IMG/VR virus record: IMGVR_UViG_3300049925_000049
Coordinates: 1 to 46,115 of that record
Strand: one strand, 5' to 3'
DNA from: a virus
Lineage: Duplodnaviria; Caudoviricetes
DNA: 46,115 nucleotides
Shown here: piece after piece, positions 19,544 to 28,845 of the stretch
How the letters are laid out: every line of letters starts with the position of its first letter
Position numbering within the stretch: position 1 is the stretch's first letter
Translations under genes and position numbers: made by a program
The notes under the pieces: generated by a model
Seen by the model: the letters and a program-made list of their open reading frames with translations, nothing else
What the model was told of the DNA's origin: nothing
The model's database searches: none

Positions 19544-20639
19544 ATTTGATGCGGCTGTACAAGATTCGCATCGTAGTGCCTTCAGAGCCTTAGTCAAAGA
19601 CGGCTCTGGTAATATTATTTATGATACGGATGATAGTCGGAATCCTTTCGGTAATATTATTGACGGCGAAATTGCTATCTCCAATGACGCTGTTAGACGC
19701 ACAGGCAACGTCTCCCTTATTGGCGAGTTTACTGATAGCCAAATTACACAACTAGTTTCCGAAACAACTTCATGGCAATTCTGGCGTGGTATTGTTTATC
19801 CTGATGGTACTAAAGAGATGGGTAGTCTGGGTATTTTGTACCCGACGAACTATGACTTTAATGATTCAGGCTCAGCTATGCGTCATCGTATCGAACTTGC
19901 CGATAAGTCTGCAGCCTTAGGAGATCATAGGCTGACTAAGAACTTTGCCTTTAATGGCGGTATTGTTGATGCTGTCATAGCTTTAATTACAAAGGTTGAT
20001 AGTACAGTTAAGTTTGATACTATAGTCAAACAGTTTAACGATGTAGGCCAAAAGATCTTTATTGATGCTGAAACAGATCCTTGGAGCAAGAGTTTGGAAA
20101 TGCTTCGCGATGTCGGTCTTACAGCTTACTTTGATGCTAATGGCTTCTGTAATATTGTGCCCTTTGGTACTCCTTATACTTCAGTTCCTGTTTGGGACTT
20201 TTCTGAAGGAGTCAATAGTACGATGCTTAATATTCAGCGCACATCTGGTTCACGTAAATATAATCATGTCGTAGTTATTTCTGAAGGCGCGGGTAACGTA
20301 GCGCCCATTGTTGCTCATGCCTATGATCTTAACTCTGGTAGTCCTACATACTATTACGGACCTTATGGCGATGTACCTTATTTTATTAAGACGCCTAGAG
20401 TTAAGAATGCTATTCAGGCACAGAAGGTTGCAGATACTTTATTAAGGCAAATGTTAGGGCGTAAAGACGTTGTAGTCATTAGTACGTTAGTTAATCCGTT
20501 CTTTGATATTGATGACGTCATTACTTTAACTCGGGCCAATACAGGTACTACAGGCACATATATTATTGATCAACTATCTTGGCCGCTTATATATACTCGG
20601 CCGATGTATATTACAATGCGTAGGGGAAGTACATTATGA
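19524..20639 (+). CDS. Baseplate hub/Tal-like minor tail protein
   Basis: WRGIVYPDG…E…LG, AYFDANG, YNHVVV, SPTYYYGPYGDVP; GAGGA SD before ATG 19524. Confidence 0.75.
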   Translation: MLPRSSRFDAAVQDSHRSAFRALVKDGSGNIIYDTDDSRNPFGNIIDGEIAISNDAVRRTGNVSLIGEFTDSQITQLVSETTSWQFWRGIVYPDGTKEMGSLGILYPTNYDFNDSGSAMRHRIELADKSAALGDHRLTKNFAFNGGIVDAVIALITKVDSTVKFDTIVKQFNDVGQKIFIDAETDPWSKSLEMLRDVGLTAYFDANGFCNIVPFGTPYTSVPVWDFSEGVNSTMLNIQRTSGSRKYNHVVVISEGAGNVAPIVAHAYDLNSGSPTYYYGPYGDVPYFIKTPRVKNAIQAQKVADTLLRQMLGRKDVVVISTLVNPFFDIDDVITLTRANTGTTGTYIIDQLSWPLIYTRPMYITMRRGSTL

Positions 20640-21349
20640 GCATCACTAAGACAGCTAACTGGATGAAACAAAATGCGAATATTAATTCGCCTCTTAAGTT
20701 ACGCATGGGTATTATAACTCAATGTGATGGCTTAGGAACAGCTTCAGTACAAATGCTCGATAGTCCGGATAGTGTTGATGTCTATACTATGCCCGGAGTA
20801 GTTATAAATGTAGGTAGTGCAGCTTGGCTATTGCAGGCAGATACATCTCTTATTCTTTTAGGTCCAGTAACTGATACATTAGCTTATCAATATTTGAACA
20901 TCGCTAATGCTACTATCACTAATATTAATATAGCCAAACCTTTAGCAGGTAATATTAGTATTACAGGAGGACCTACTGCTAATAGTACTACATACGTTTA
21001 CCCTACTACAGGAGCCTTTACCATTCCAGCTCAGCCAGTAAATGGTATGGTTATTATGTGGGCTAGGACAGTATGCACAAAGACAGTAAGTACTGACCAG
21101 GCTCTAATTGGCTTTACTGATGGAGCTGGATCTCCTGTAACTACTTATGGCGTTAATCGCTGGTATAGTGATGGCACTACTGCTAGTCATAGGCAAGTTC
21201 ATGCTGCTGCTGGTACAACAGCTGGCTCAGCCTTAACTGTTAGTTTTGGTATCACTCGCGAATCTGGCACCGGTAACGTTACTATGGGTAGTGGCGATGC
21301 TCGATTCCATGCCGTATCATATATTTGGACCCCGTCCACTTGGACCTAA
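20636..21349 (+). CDS. Tail tip/spike or receptor-binding protein
   Basis: OB-fold-like N-terminus (LRMGII…LILLGPV) plus beta-rich C-terminal domain. Confidence 0.55.
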   Translation: MSITKTANWMKQNANINSPLKLRMGIITQCDGLGTASVQMLDSPDSVDVYTMPGVVINVGSAAWLLQADTSLILLGPVTDTLAYQYLNIANATITNINIAKPLAGNISITGGPTANSTTYVYPTTGAFTIPAQPVNGMVIMWARTVCTKTVSTDQALIGFTDGAGSPVTTYGVNRWYSDGTTASHRQVHAAAGTTAGSALTVSFGITRESGTGNVTMGSGDARFHAVSYIWTPSTWT

Positions 21350-21362
21350 TAAAGGAGCAATA

Positions 21363-22241
21363 ATGACAATTTGGCTAACCGACCTTGCGTCCATTCTTAG
21401 GAAAGCGGGCCTCCCTGTGGAAGAAGTCGCAGGCTGGCAAACCCGATGCTTTCCTAACTGGCCAGGCTATAATCAATCGCCTACGCATGTAATGGTGCAT
21501 CATACAGCTAGTCCGCCTTCTACTGATGGCAATACTGATATTCAATTTATTTTACACGGAGCTCCTTATTCGCCTATTTGCAATCTATATCTGGATCGCA
21601 AGGGCACATTCCATGTAATCGCTGCTGGCCGAACTGCAACGAACGGTGAAGGGCACGATTCGTGGGGTGGAGGAGTTCCTCAAGATATGATGAACTTTTA
21701 TGCCATTAGTATTGAAGCAGCTAACAATGGTGTAGGTGAAAAGTGGCCTGTTGTGCAAACAAGTAACTACGTTAAGGGCGTAGCTGCTTTATGTGCAGCT
21801 TATAAGATTCCTGTCGCTCATGTGCGAGCTCATGCTGAATGGAGTCCTGGACGAAAGATTGATCCGGCAGGACCTTCACCTTGGAGCGCTGACGCTCATA
21901 CGTGGAATATGAACGCCTTTCGTAATAGTGTAACTGTAGCTATGGGATTACATCCAGCTACATCTCATCCCTCTATTGGAATCTTTGATCCCGTACACTT
22001 TCAATGGGGCTTATTTCCTTTAGATGTACATAAGGCTACTATTCAATTAAATAGTAATGGCGACCTTGTTAGATATCTGCAAGGAGTACTTACTAAGGCA
22101 AAGATCTATTCATCAGCTATTGACGGCTTTTTCGGTAATGTAACTTTACAAGCTGTTAAGGCATTCCAAGCTAATAAAGGCCTCATTGTGGACGGCGTTG
22201 TTGGTCCGCAAACTTGGGCAGCTATTGATAAGGCCAGTTAA
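21363..22241 (+). CDS. Endolysin: N-acetylmuramoyl-L-alanine amidase plus PG-binding domain
   Basis: VMVHHTAS, SIEAAN, AHAEW…RKIDP; C-terminal IDGFFG…AVKAFQ…GLIVDGVVGPQTW; AAAGGAG SD. Confidence 0.92.
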   Translation: MTIWLTDLASILRKAGLPVEEVAGWQTRCFPNWPGYNQSPTHVMVHHTASPPSTDGNTDIQFILHGAPYSPICNLYLDRKGTFHVIAAGRTATNGEGHDSWGGGVPQDMMNFYAISIEAANNGVGEKWPVVQTSNYVKGVAALCAAYKIPVAHVRAHAEWSPGRKIDPAGPSPWSADAHTWNMNAFRNSVTVAMGLHPATSHPSIGIFDPVHFQWGLFPLDVHKATIQLNSNGDLVRYLQGVLTKAKIYSSAIDGFFGNVTLQAVKAFQANKGLIVDGVVGPQTWAAIDKAS

Positions 22242-22242
22242 A

Positions 22243-22578
22243 TTGAATACACAAACTGTTTGGGGAACTGTTGCTCTTGTAGCCATTATTGGTCTCTTTA
22301 TTCTTATTTGGAAAAATAAAATCAGCCGCTTCAAGATCAAGGCTGGTCCTGTAACGGCTGATTTGGGTTTATTAAGGCAAGACTTAGATGTTATTAAAGA
22401 GTCAGTAGCCCAAGTAAATAAGGCAGTGAACCATCAACGTACTGGCGAACCTACCTTAGTGGAGAGGGTAAAGAACATTGAAGCAAGGTTAGAGGAGGGA
22501 AGTAAAAACTTTTCTTTTCAAACAGATTGTCTTCGAGCAATTGCTAATCATGTAGGATTAAATCTTCCGGAGGAATAA
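22243..22578 (+). CDS. Membrane-anchored coiled-coil lysis-cassette protein
   Basis: One N-terminal TM segment then coiled coil; start codon uncertain. Confidence 0.55.
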   Translation: MNTQTVWGTVALVAIIGLFILIWKNKISRFKIKAGPVTADLGLLRQDLDVIKESVAQVNKAVNHQRTGEPTLVERVKNIEARLEEGSKNFSFQTDCLRAIANHVGLNLPEE

Positions 22579-22805
22579 TGAACGATAAGCATTTAGATAC
22601 AATTCGTACTACAGTACCTGCCGCTTGGACAGGAGCTTTACTTTGGATTGCTACTAAGTTAGGATTAAACATTAGTGTCGATCAACTTATGATTGTGGCA
22701 CCTATTGTACTTACAATCTTGTACCGTATTGGTAAAGAAGTCGAAGCTAAGTGGCCCGCACTTGGTCGAATTCTTTTCGGTACAAATCAGAAGCCTAGTT
22801 TCTAA
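22578..22805 (+). CDS. Holin
   Basis: 75 aa, two TM segments, IRT.VP and WPALGRILFG…P pattern; GGAGG SD. Confidence 0.75.
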   Translation: MNDKHLDTIRTTVPAAWTGALLWIATKLGLNISVDQLMIVAPIVLTILYRIGKEVEAKWPALGRILFGTNQKPSF

Positions 22806-22830
22806 TACCACTTGATTAGTCATTAGGTTA

Positions 22831-22882
22831 GAAAGACCCTTACTGGAGCTCGGGGCCATCCAGTAAGGGTCTTTCGCTTTTT
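22831..22882. terminator. Intrinsic terminator at the convergence of the two genome arms
   Basis: 17-bp perfect inverted repeat GAAAGACCCTTACTGGA/TCCAGTAAGGGTCTTTC followed by GCTTTTT. Confidence 0.85.
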
Positions 22883-23280
22883 AAGAACCTATAATCTTTA
22901 AGGACTGTTGTTATATAATGTAGTCCGTGTCTTAAAGCGTCCTTAGTATGTTTATTCATTTTAGCTGGAATTACCTTATCGGTAAAGATAGATTTACCTT
23001 CCGAAGCATTTTGTAATACGATCGGAATATTATATTCCTGACTATACAAAATAAGAATACCTTCGTACTCTCTACTATCTAATACTACATAACCGCCAGT
23101 CTGAATAAAATGTTCAGCTACAATAAGCTCGGGCTGTCTCTCGTGCAACAACTTCCACAGGGCTTTGTGATGGGGCTCCGGACCTAAAGTACCTCCTTCA
23201 AAAGAAGGCGAGGTTTCCCGTTGCCAGATTATATAAACCCATCCAGTCGTTCTTCCAGGATCGAAGGCCATTATCTTCAT
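22840..23280 (-). CDS. RuvC-like Holliday junction resolvase
   Basis: MAFDPGRTTGW, IVAEHF, HTKDALRH. Confidence 0.8.
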   Translation of the reverse strand: MKIMAFDPGRTTGWVYIIWQRETSPSFEGGTLGPEPHHKALWKLLHERQPELIVAEHFIQTGGYVVLDSREYEGILILYSQEYNIPIVLQNASEGKSIFTDKVIPAKMNKHTKDALRHGLHYITTVLKDYRFLKSERPLLDGPELQ

Positions 23281-23282
23281 TA

Positions 23283-23367
23283 GTTAATCCTCGAGTTGAT
23301 AAGCGCTAGTTATAAGTATGCGAGAGCTATGGGATAAACTTGTTAGACTCTCATTAAACAATGTTAA
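23283..23367 (+). repeat. 85-bp non-coding element, copy A (inverted relative to 36565..36649)
   Basis: Ungapped blocks GTTAATC-2-CGAGTT-1-ATAAGCG-7-TAAGTAT-19-CTTGTTAGACT…GTTAA. Confidence 0.8.
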
Positions 23368-23378
23368 CGCTAGGTCTA

Positions 23379-23750
23379 TCATAGCTTAGCGCTAAACCCA
23401 TAGAGGCTTCGTACATTACCAATGGCGTCCTCGAGATCCTTAAGCGCTTCCCACTTATCATTTGAATCTTCTACTAAGGCAGTCATTAATTCTTCAATGC
23501 GTACAAGCCTTCTGGTATGAGCAGCAGAGCCAGGCTTACGCTTAATGGCTACAATAATATTGTCAGGACTAAAGTTAGTCCGATCGTTATCCTTAAACGA
23601 CACCCGCTCTTGTTCGGTCAGAGGTCGCTTAAGAATCTCTTCCGCTACAAGATGATGCTTCAAGCGCCACCCTGCGGAAGTCTTGACCATAGTATAGCCG
23701 TTCGCATTAATATGCTCTTCGCCTACCTTAGTTAATTTGCCCTTACTCAT
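23379..23750 (-). CDS. HNH-fold protein with degenerate active site
   Basis: NGY…HHLVAEEILKRPL…V-SF-KDNDRTN…DNI; the usual HH is replaced by SF. Confidence 0.7.
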   Translation of the reverse strand: MSKGKLTKVGEEHINANGYTMVKTSAGWRLKHHLVAEEILKRPLTEQERVSFKDNDRTNFSPDNIIVAIKRKPGSAAHTRRLVRIEELMTALVEDSNDKWEALKDLEDAIGNVRSLYGFSAKL

Positions 23751-26068
23751 GTTAACTCTCCCCAGTTACTTCCAATAGATGTATCTACATAAAACGGAAC
23801 TAAATCCGAATATTCATTAGCTGCTACACGTTGCATAGTCTGTGCGATATACTCTGCAACCTGAACGGCTTCGTCTGCCTTACAGTTAACTAAAATGGAG
23901 TCATGCACTAGAAGGCGAATGTCCAACTTAGACTCTTTGTACAATAAAGCTGCCGCTCGCATATTACAATCGTTGGCTGTGCTCTGCGGAATAAAGGCTA
24001 GGCACTCTCTACGAATGTTATCAATGTTGTCCTTGTTGATTAAATGGAACCTGCGTGTACGGCCAAAAGCATTACGCAAGTCTTCGCCTTGACGGGTTAC
24101 TCTATGCCTAATATGTTCTTGCCATGCAGGGATATCAGGATACTTTGCGAATAAAGCGTCAATAACATTTTGCGCTTCTTGTCTAGACATATCGTATTCA
24201 ATTGCAATGCTATGCGCCTCGCGACCATAACCTACACCAAATACTACAGCCTTAGCTCGCACGCGTTGTGCCTTAGTAAAGTTAGGCCCATAACGTTCTA
24301 CTGCAACTTCACTATGAATGTCTCGAGTCGGATCACTAAGAACTGCCCGAAGTTCTTTATCACCAGACTCAATAGCTACGACACGCAGCTCGGCTGTCTT
24401 ATAGTCAGCCTGAACAAAGACGCAACCTTCGTCAGGTAAGAAGCCTGACTTAATAAGCTTGCCTCTGGGAACATTAAGCAAGTTAGGATCACGTGTAGCT
24501 AACCGTCCTGATGTAGTTCCATGCATTAGAAAGTTTGTGTGTAACCTTCCTGCATAAATCTTTTCAGGTAAGCCTACAATATAATTGGAGTAAAGCTTTT
24601 GATCCTTACGCTGCTTTTGTAAGCCTACAATAAATGAGCCTGCTTCAGATTCAGGCTTAATCTTACGCATAAGTACTTCAAGAGTCAATGAATTGGTTGA
24701 CTCTACATTATAACCTAGCGACGCTAACGCCTCTTTCACTTGCTTAGGACTACGAGGATTATCTACCCAAGAGGAAAGAAAGTCTTCATGGCGAGCCAAT
24801 TCATCCTTATATGTAGTCTGCAAATTACTAAAGTGTTCTTCATCAATTCTAATACCTGCAGTCTCTGCATGCATAAGCATCATCGTAATGTCGTTATAAT
24901 CTTGATGCAGCTTTTCTAAGTTCTCCGCCTTAAGCGCTTGCCTATCGTGCTCCATAAGACGCCAAGTACAGTTAACGTCCAAAGCGTTATACTTGTAAAG
25001 AATGTCTCTAGGCACATTAGCATACGACTGTCTATTCTTTCCTGAGCCTACATAAGGCTCGAGAACATCCTTCCAACTAGGTGTTCCAAGAACTTCCACA
25101 GCGCGGTAGCCTAAGCTATGTACACCTGGACGCTCATCAAGGCAATAGGAACTTAGCATGGTATCAAACCAAAGGCGTGCTTCAGGTTCAATAAGTTTAA
25201 GAGCCGCTAGATCAAACTTACCATTATGCGCAATAAGATTACACCGCAGTAAAGGCTTCAATGCTTCTCGGACACGATTCGACTTAAGTGCCTCTTCGCC
25301 AATAACATAAACAGTATTGGCATCTGCAGCAATACCTATACAAAGAAATTGATACCGTTCAGGATGATCAAAGTCGGTATCCTTTTCAATGCCTACTTCG
25401 ATATCGATAGCAAACGTATCATACTGTTCAACTAGTCCCTCAAGCCCTGTGGAAGCTGAAGCCTCATCGTCCCAGATGACAATAGCAGGTTCTTGCCAAT
25501 AGTCAATAGCTACATTAATTTTCTTGACATCAGCCTTGAGATTAGGAAAGAAGTCGGCTTGACGTAAGCAGGCAGCTGGATGATAAGTGGCAATAATCTT
25601 TGCGTCATTAAATAATTCTGAACGTCTAGGTGGTCCAACTCTAAGCGAAGAGACTCCTTCACTTGTTTGAAGGACTCCTTGTGCAGCAGCATTCCCAAGC
25701 GCCAAGATGACATTAGGGTTAACTTCCTCCAGCTCAGATTGAAGTCTTGGCCAACAACACTTGATTTCACTTTTGCTCGGCGCACGATTGGTACGTGAGC
25801 GACATAGAACCGCATTTGTTTGGAAGGCTGTTTCTTTGTCGATTCCCACCTCACGCAATACACTATCCAAAAGCTTTCCCGAGGGGCCACTGAAGCATTG
25901 GCCTGAACGAGCCTCCTGATAGCCAGGGGCTTCGCCGATGATGGCGAGAGTACAATTTCCTGGGTTACTACTTCCGACAAAGATACTACTGTCTTCATTT
26001 AAAGTACATTCCTCACATAAGGCTTTAGGATGTCTGCGCCCAGTTGAGATAGATTCTGACGTTGTCAT
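23747..26068 (-). CDS. polA: Family A DNA polymerase with N-terminal family-4 uracil-DNA glycosylase domain and 3'-5' exonuclease
   Basis: UDG: CEEC, GEAPG..E, FSGPSG, TNAVLC, YHPAA; exonuclease: DIE, HNGKFD, YNALD; polymerase: ADYKTAELR, RAKAVVFGVGYG, VHDS. Confidence 0.93.
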   Translation of the reverse strand: MTTSESISTGRRHPKALCEECTLNEDSSIFVGSSNPGNCTLAIIGEAPGYQEARSGQCFSGPSGKLLDSVLREVGIDKETAFQTNAVLCRSRTNRAPSKSEIKCCWPRLQSELEEVNPNVILALGNAAAQGVLQTSEGVSSLRVGPPRRSELFNDAKIIATYHPAACLRQADFFPNLKADVKKINVAIDYWQEPAIVIWDDEASASTGLEGLVEQYDTFAIDIEVGIEKDTDFDHPERYQFLCIGIAADANTVYVIGEEALKSNRVREALKPLLRCNLIAHNGKFDLAALKLIEPEARLWFDTMLSSYCLDERPGVHSLGYRAVEVLGTPSWKDVLEPYVGSGKNRQSYANVPRDILYKYNALDVNCTWRLMEHDRQALKAENLEKLHQDYNDITMMLMHAETAGIRIDEEHFSNLQTTYKDELARHEDFLSSWVDNPRSPKQVKEALASLGYNVESTNSLTLEVLMRKIKPESEAGSFIVGLQKQRKDQKLYSNYIVGLPEKIYAGRLHTNFLMHGTTSGRLATRDPNLLNVPRGKLIKSGFLPDEGCVFVQADYKTAELRVVAIESGDKELRAVLSDPTRDIHSEVAVERYGPNFTKAQRVRAKAVVFGVGYGREAHSIAIEYDMSRQEAQNVIDALFAKYPDIPAWQEHIRHRVTRQGEDLRNAFGRTRRFHLINKDNIDNIRRECLAFIPQSTANDCNMRAAALLYKESKLDIRLLVHDSILVNCKADEAVQVAEYIAQTMQRVAANEYSDLVPFYVDTSIGSNWGELT

Positions 26069-26747
26069 CGATTACCTTTCGTTGTGTAGCTGTAGGAAAA
26101 GAACTGAAATACATTGAAGGCCGCTTAAGATCAGATGGTAGTCTATCCATAAATGATAAGTTTTGAAGGCCTAAAACAAAGGGTAAAGAACTGTCCATAC
26201 TACGGACACTTTCTATATCGGATAGATATTTAATCTCTTCGGAGAAGCCATACCATGCTCCTAAGCAATGAATAGGTTTATTAAAGTCAGGATCATTCTG
26301 GATAGCTTCAGCTAACCGCAACCGAGATTGTGGTCCAAATTGTTCATTGAGAACTCTAGGCAATCCGATTACATCGATATGTTCCATATGTTGATATGCA
26401 GTAAGGCACTTTACAACTTTTGCCATAGAGTCTCCTTGCACAACACCCATAATAGACATATCAGGATACTTATTACTAATAAGCTCCATACTCTTGGCTC
26501 CTTCGATGCTGAACTCGCAATCGCCTAACTTGTCGATAGAGACAACTTCATTGAAGAGTCCTGTGTCGCAAGCCCTATCAAGCCAGTTAAGTCCCTTAAG
26601 ATTCTTTTCGGCAGCTCCATTATCTAAAATAACATATCCGTTATAGTTAGCCACCTCCTCCGAATAACTATCAGGTACGATTAAATGGAACTTACGTTGT
26701 GCGTAATCAAGTCTGATTACATTAGGCGGGATTAATGCTACCTTCAT
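26025..26747 (-). CDS. TGT-fold (DpdA-like) transglycosylase, putative 7-deazaguanine DNA-inserting enzyme
   Basis: ILDNGA, D, VVQG, IGLP, IHCLG, RSMDSS occur in TGT catalytic order; adjacent to folE/queE. Confidence 0.7.
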   Translation of the reverse strand: MKVALIPPNVIRLDYAQRKFHLIVPDSYSEEVANYNGYVILDNGAAEKNLKGLNWLDRACDTGLFNEVVSIDKLGDCEFSIEGAKSMELISNKYPDMSIMGVVQGDSMAKVVKCLTAYQHMEHIDVIGLPRVLNEQFGPQSRLRLAEAIQNDPDFNKPIHCLGAWYGFSEEIKYLSDIESVRSMDSSLPFVLGLQNLSFMDRLPSDLKRPSMYFSSFPTATQRKVIDDNVRIYLNWAQTS

Positions 26748-26764
26748 CTTATCTCCTTCAAATA

Positions 26765-26795
26765 ATTATAACATAATGGGCGGTTACGAAATCAA
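26765..26795 (-). promoter_or_regulatory. 19-bp-spacer promoter (TGT-like/polA unit)
   Basis: TTGATT-19-TATAAT. Confidence 0.7.
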
Positions 26796-27314
26796 GCTAA
26801 GAAATTCTGAACGAGCTTGCTTAGTATGGTCGGCAAAACATCCCCGCATAGATGATGTCGTAGTTAAAGTGCCATGAGCTTTGACACCGCGTAAAGACAT
26901 ACAAGTATGCTCTCCACGCATAATAACGGCAACACCCAAAGGATCTAATTGTTCTTCTAGGAAGTTGCTAATAGTATTAGTCAAAGCTTCTTGAGTCCAA
27001 AGTCCGGCTGAAAAATATTCCACAGTGCGCGGGAGCTTACTAAGACCTGCAATAGTCTTTGTAGGTACGTAAGCTACATGAGCCTTACCAACAAAGGGAG
27101 CCAGATGGTGTGCGCAGACTGACGTAAAGGAAATATCTTGTACAACAATCATTTCGTCATAGCCAGGGTTCTCGAACGTAGTAAATTCAAATGACTGCGG
27201 TGTAGTCAACTCCTTCATCATCTTTTGCCATCGAGCTGGCGTATCAGCTAACTCAGGATCTCCCTCCCAATCATAGAACGGGAATAATTCCTTAAACAAC
27301 GGTACGATATCCAT
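26784..27314 (-). CDS. folE: GTP cyclohydrolase I
   Basis: DTPARW, SVCAHHLAPF, GLSKL, QE, EHTCMSLRG; start at MDIVP. Confidence 0.95.
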   Translation of the reverse strand: MDIVPLFKELFPFYDWEGDPELADTPARWQKMMKELTTPQSFEFTTFENPGYDEMIVVQDISFTSVCAHHLAPFVGKAHVAYVPTKTIAGLSKLPRTVEYFSAGLWTQEALTNTISNFLEEQLDPLGVAVIMRGEHTCMSLRGVKAHGTLTTTSSMRGCFADHTKQARSEFLSLIS

Positions 27315-27315
27315 T

Positions 27316-28014
27316 TCAGATTCCTCTTTCAACATTGGGCCAAAGATACTTATGCATTTGTACGTTAAGATTCCATTGGAATCCGTTGTGCTTGAGAAAG
27401 TCAATTAAGTCGTCGTTACTTAATGTACTATTCCAAGCTCGTCCAATCCAGACATTACACTTGATCTTATCAAATAGGTTGCCTGTAACTAATCCATACA
27501 CATGAGCTAGATCGTCTTCCGTGTTAATGACGAACTTAACTGCATCCTTAAATGTAAGGAGTTGTAGATTCTTTTCACGGACATCTAATTTAGTTGTCGC
27601 TTCCCCTGAACCGGGAAGCTTCCAATCCATTACAATATTAATGAAAGACAATGATGTCCAAGTTGGAAAGGCAAATGATCCATTCGTAAAGATATCAACT
27701 GTACAGCCGCGATTGCCTAATAGCTGGATTAGAGTCTTCAGATGACTAGCATCTTGCATAAAAGGTTCTCCGCCAGTAATGCAAATATGACTAGCACCCT
27801 CATTTACCTTCTTGCCCATAATAGCATTGGCAATCTCTTCGGCACTTAACTTAGGATCATTCTTCCATAAGGCCGGATCTACAGCATGAATAGTATCACA
27901 AGGCCATCCAGGGCATCGCATATTACAGCCAGCAAATCTTACGAACTGCGTAAGCTTGCCAGTATTAGGCCCTTCACCTTGCACACTAACATAATGTTCA
28001 TTTAACCGTAACAT
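27316..28014 (-). CDS. queE: 7-carboxy-7-deazaguanine synthase (radical SAM)
   Basis: SVQGEG, FVRFAGCNMRCPGWPCDT, ITGGEP, TNG, KFV, QMHK. Confidence 0.93.
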   Translation of the reverse strand: MLRLNEHYVSVQGEGPNTGKLTQFVRFAGCNMRCPGWPCDTIHAVDPALWKNDPKLSAEEIANAIMGKKVNEGASHICITGGEPFMQDASHLKTLIQLLGNRGCTVDIFTNGSFAFPTWTSLSFINIVMDWKLPGSGEATTKLDVREKNLQLLTFKDAVKFVINTEDDLAHVYGLVTGNLFDKIKCNVWIGRAWNSTLSNDDLIDFLKHNGFQWNLNVQMHKYLWPNVERGI

Positions 28015-28301
28015 TCTTCTTCTCCTCTTTGATAAAGAACGTAAGCCAATACTGCATATACTGCTCGATCAAGATAGGCATCATCAGAATACTTATCGCG
28101 ACTACGATCTTCTGATAGGAACCGTTTGATATAAGACTGATGCTTGCCTAATAAGACTTCTACTGCCTGCAATACAGTCACGCCTGTGGTAGCTGCAATG
28201 TCATAAAAGTTTTGCATAGAATCCATCTCAGATCCATATGCCTGCTTCTTTTCATTATGCATTGCTAACATAGCGTTAACACATGTTTCAAATTCATCCA
28301 T
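28002..28301 (-). CDS. Nucleotide-modification-associated all-alpha protein (DUF1599/Nmad1-like)
   Basis: K…YG…D…NF…K…R…D..LDRAVYA pattern. Confidence 0.6.
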   Translation of the reverse strand: MDEFETCVNAMLAMHNEKKQAYGSEMDSMQNFYDIAATTGVTVLQAVEVLLGKHQSYIKRFLSEDRSRDKYSDDAYLDRAVYAVLAYVLYQRGEEECYG

Positions 28302-28845
28302 TATACCAATCCATCATTTCTTTGCTAAATGCCATAAGAGAGTCATCAATCTTTGGTCGTTCATAATTAGCTCCCTTTAATACTTTACCGTCTTCTCTTA
28401 ACACTGGAGTGCCATCAGGGTTTAATTTAGTCATATTTGATCTATGTACCTCCTTGGTAATAGTCGGTAAATGAATTCCAAAAGCTACAGCCGCACCATT
28501 GACTACGTAATCTAAGTCAGCTAAAGCGTCAGCTATAGCATACCAATCATTAGCTTCATATGCTTCGGCCAGTTCAAAAAGTTCTTCTTCAATAAGATTG
28601 TAGCGTAAGACGAACTCCTTCTTAGTAGGCCATTCTCCGTCACCAATCTTAGCTCCAGTAACTTGATGAAACCTATGAACTAAATTAAATGTCGTAGAAT
28701 AACTACGGTCAGCCAACTCTTTAATATTGTCTTGTAACGCACTAATCGTTTCGGCAGCTCTCATATAGAGACACTTGCCATCGCAGGGCACATGAGGGCA
28801 GCGAGCGCGTAACTCAGCTGCGACATCTACAGCTTTCTTAGCCAC
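28294..28845 (-). CDS. MazG-like/PRA-PH NTP pyrophosphohydrolase
   Basis: LIEEELFEL, DALADLDYV, EVHRSNMTK, REDGKVLKG; GTG start overlapping the queC end. Confidence 0.85.
   Translation of the reverse strand: MAKKAVDVAAELRARCPHVPCDGKCLYMRAAETISALQDNIKELADRSYSTTFNLVHRFHQVTGAKIGDGEWPTKKEFVLRYNLIEEELFELAEAYEANDWYAIADALADLDYVVNGAAVAFGIHLPTITKEVHRSNMTKLNPDGTPVLREDGKVLKGANYERPKIDDSLMAFSKEMMDWYNG

Noticed and set aside
16619-21349. Diversity-generating retroelement acting on tail genes
   Set aside because: No reverse transcriptase and no TR/VR repeat pair seen
21246-21362. ORF-track N-terminal extensions (endolysin 21246, protease 7438, folE 27404, queC 29599, MazG-like 28893, 39394)
   Set aside because: They overlap upstream genes or promoters; downstream starts have better SD or coupling and match domain boundaries
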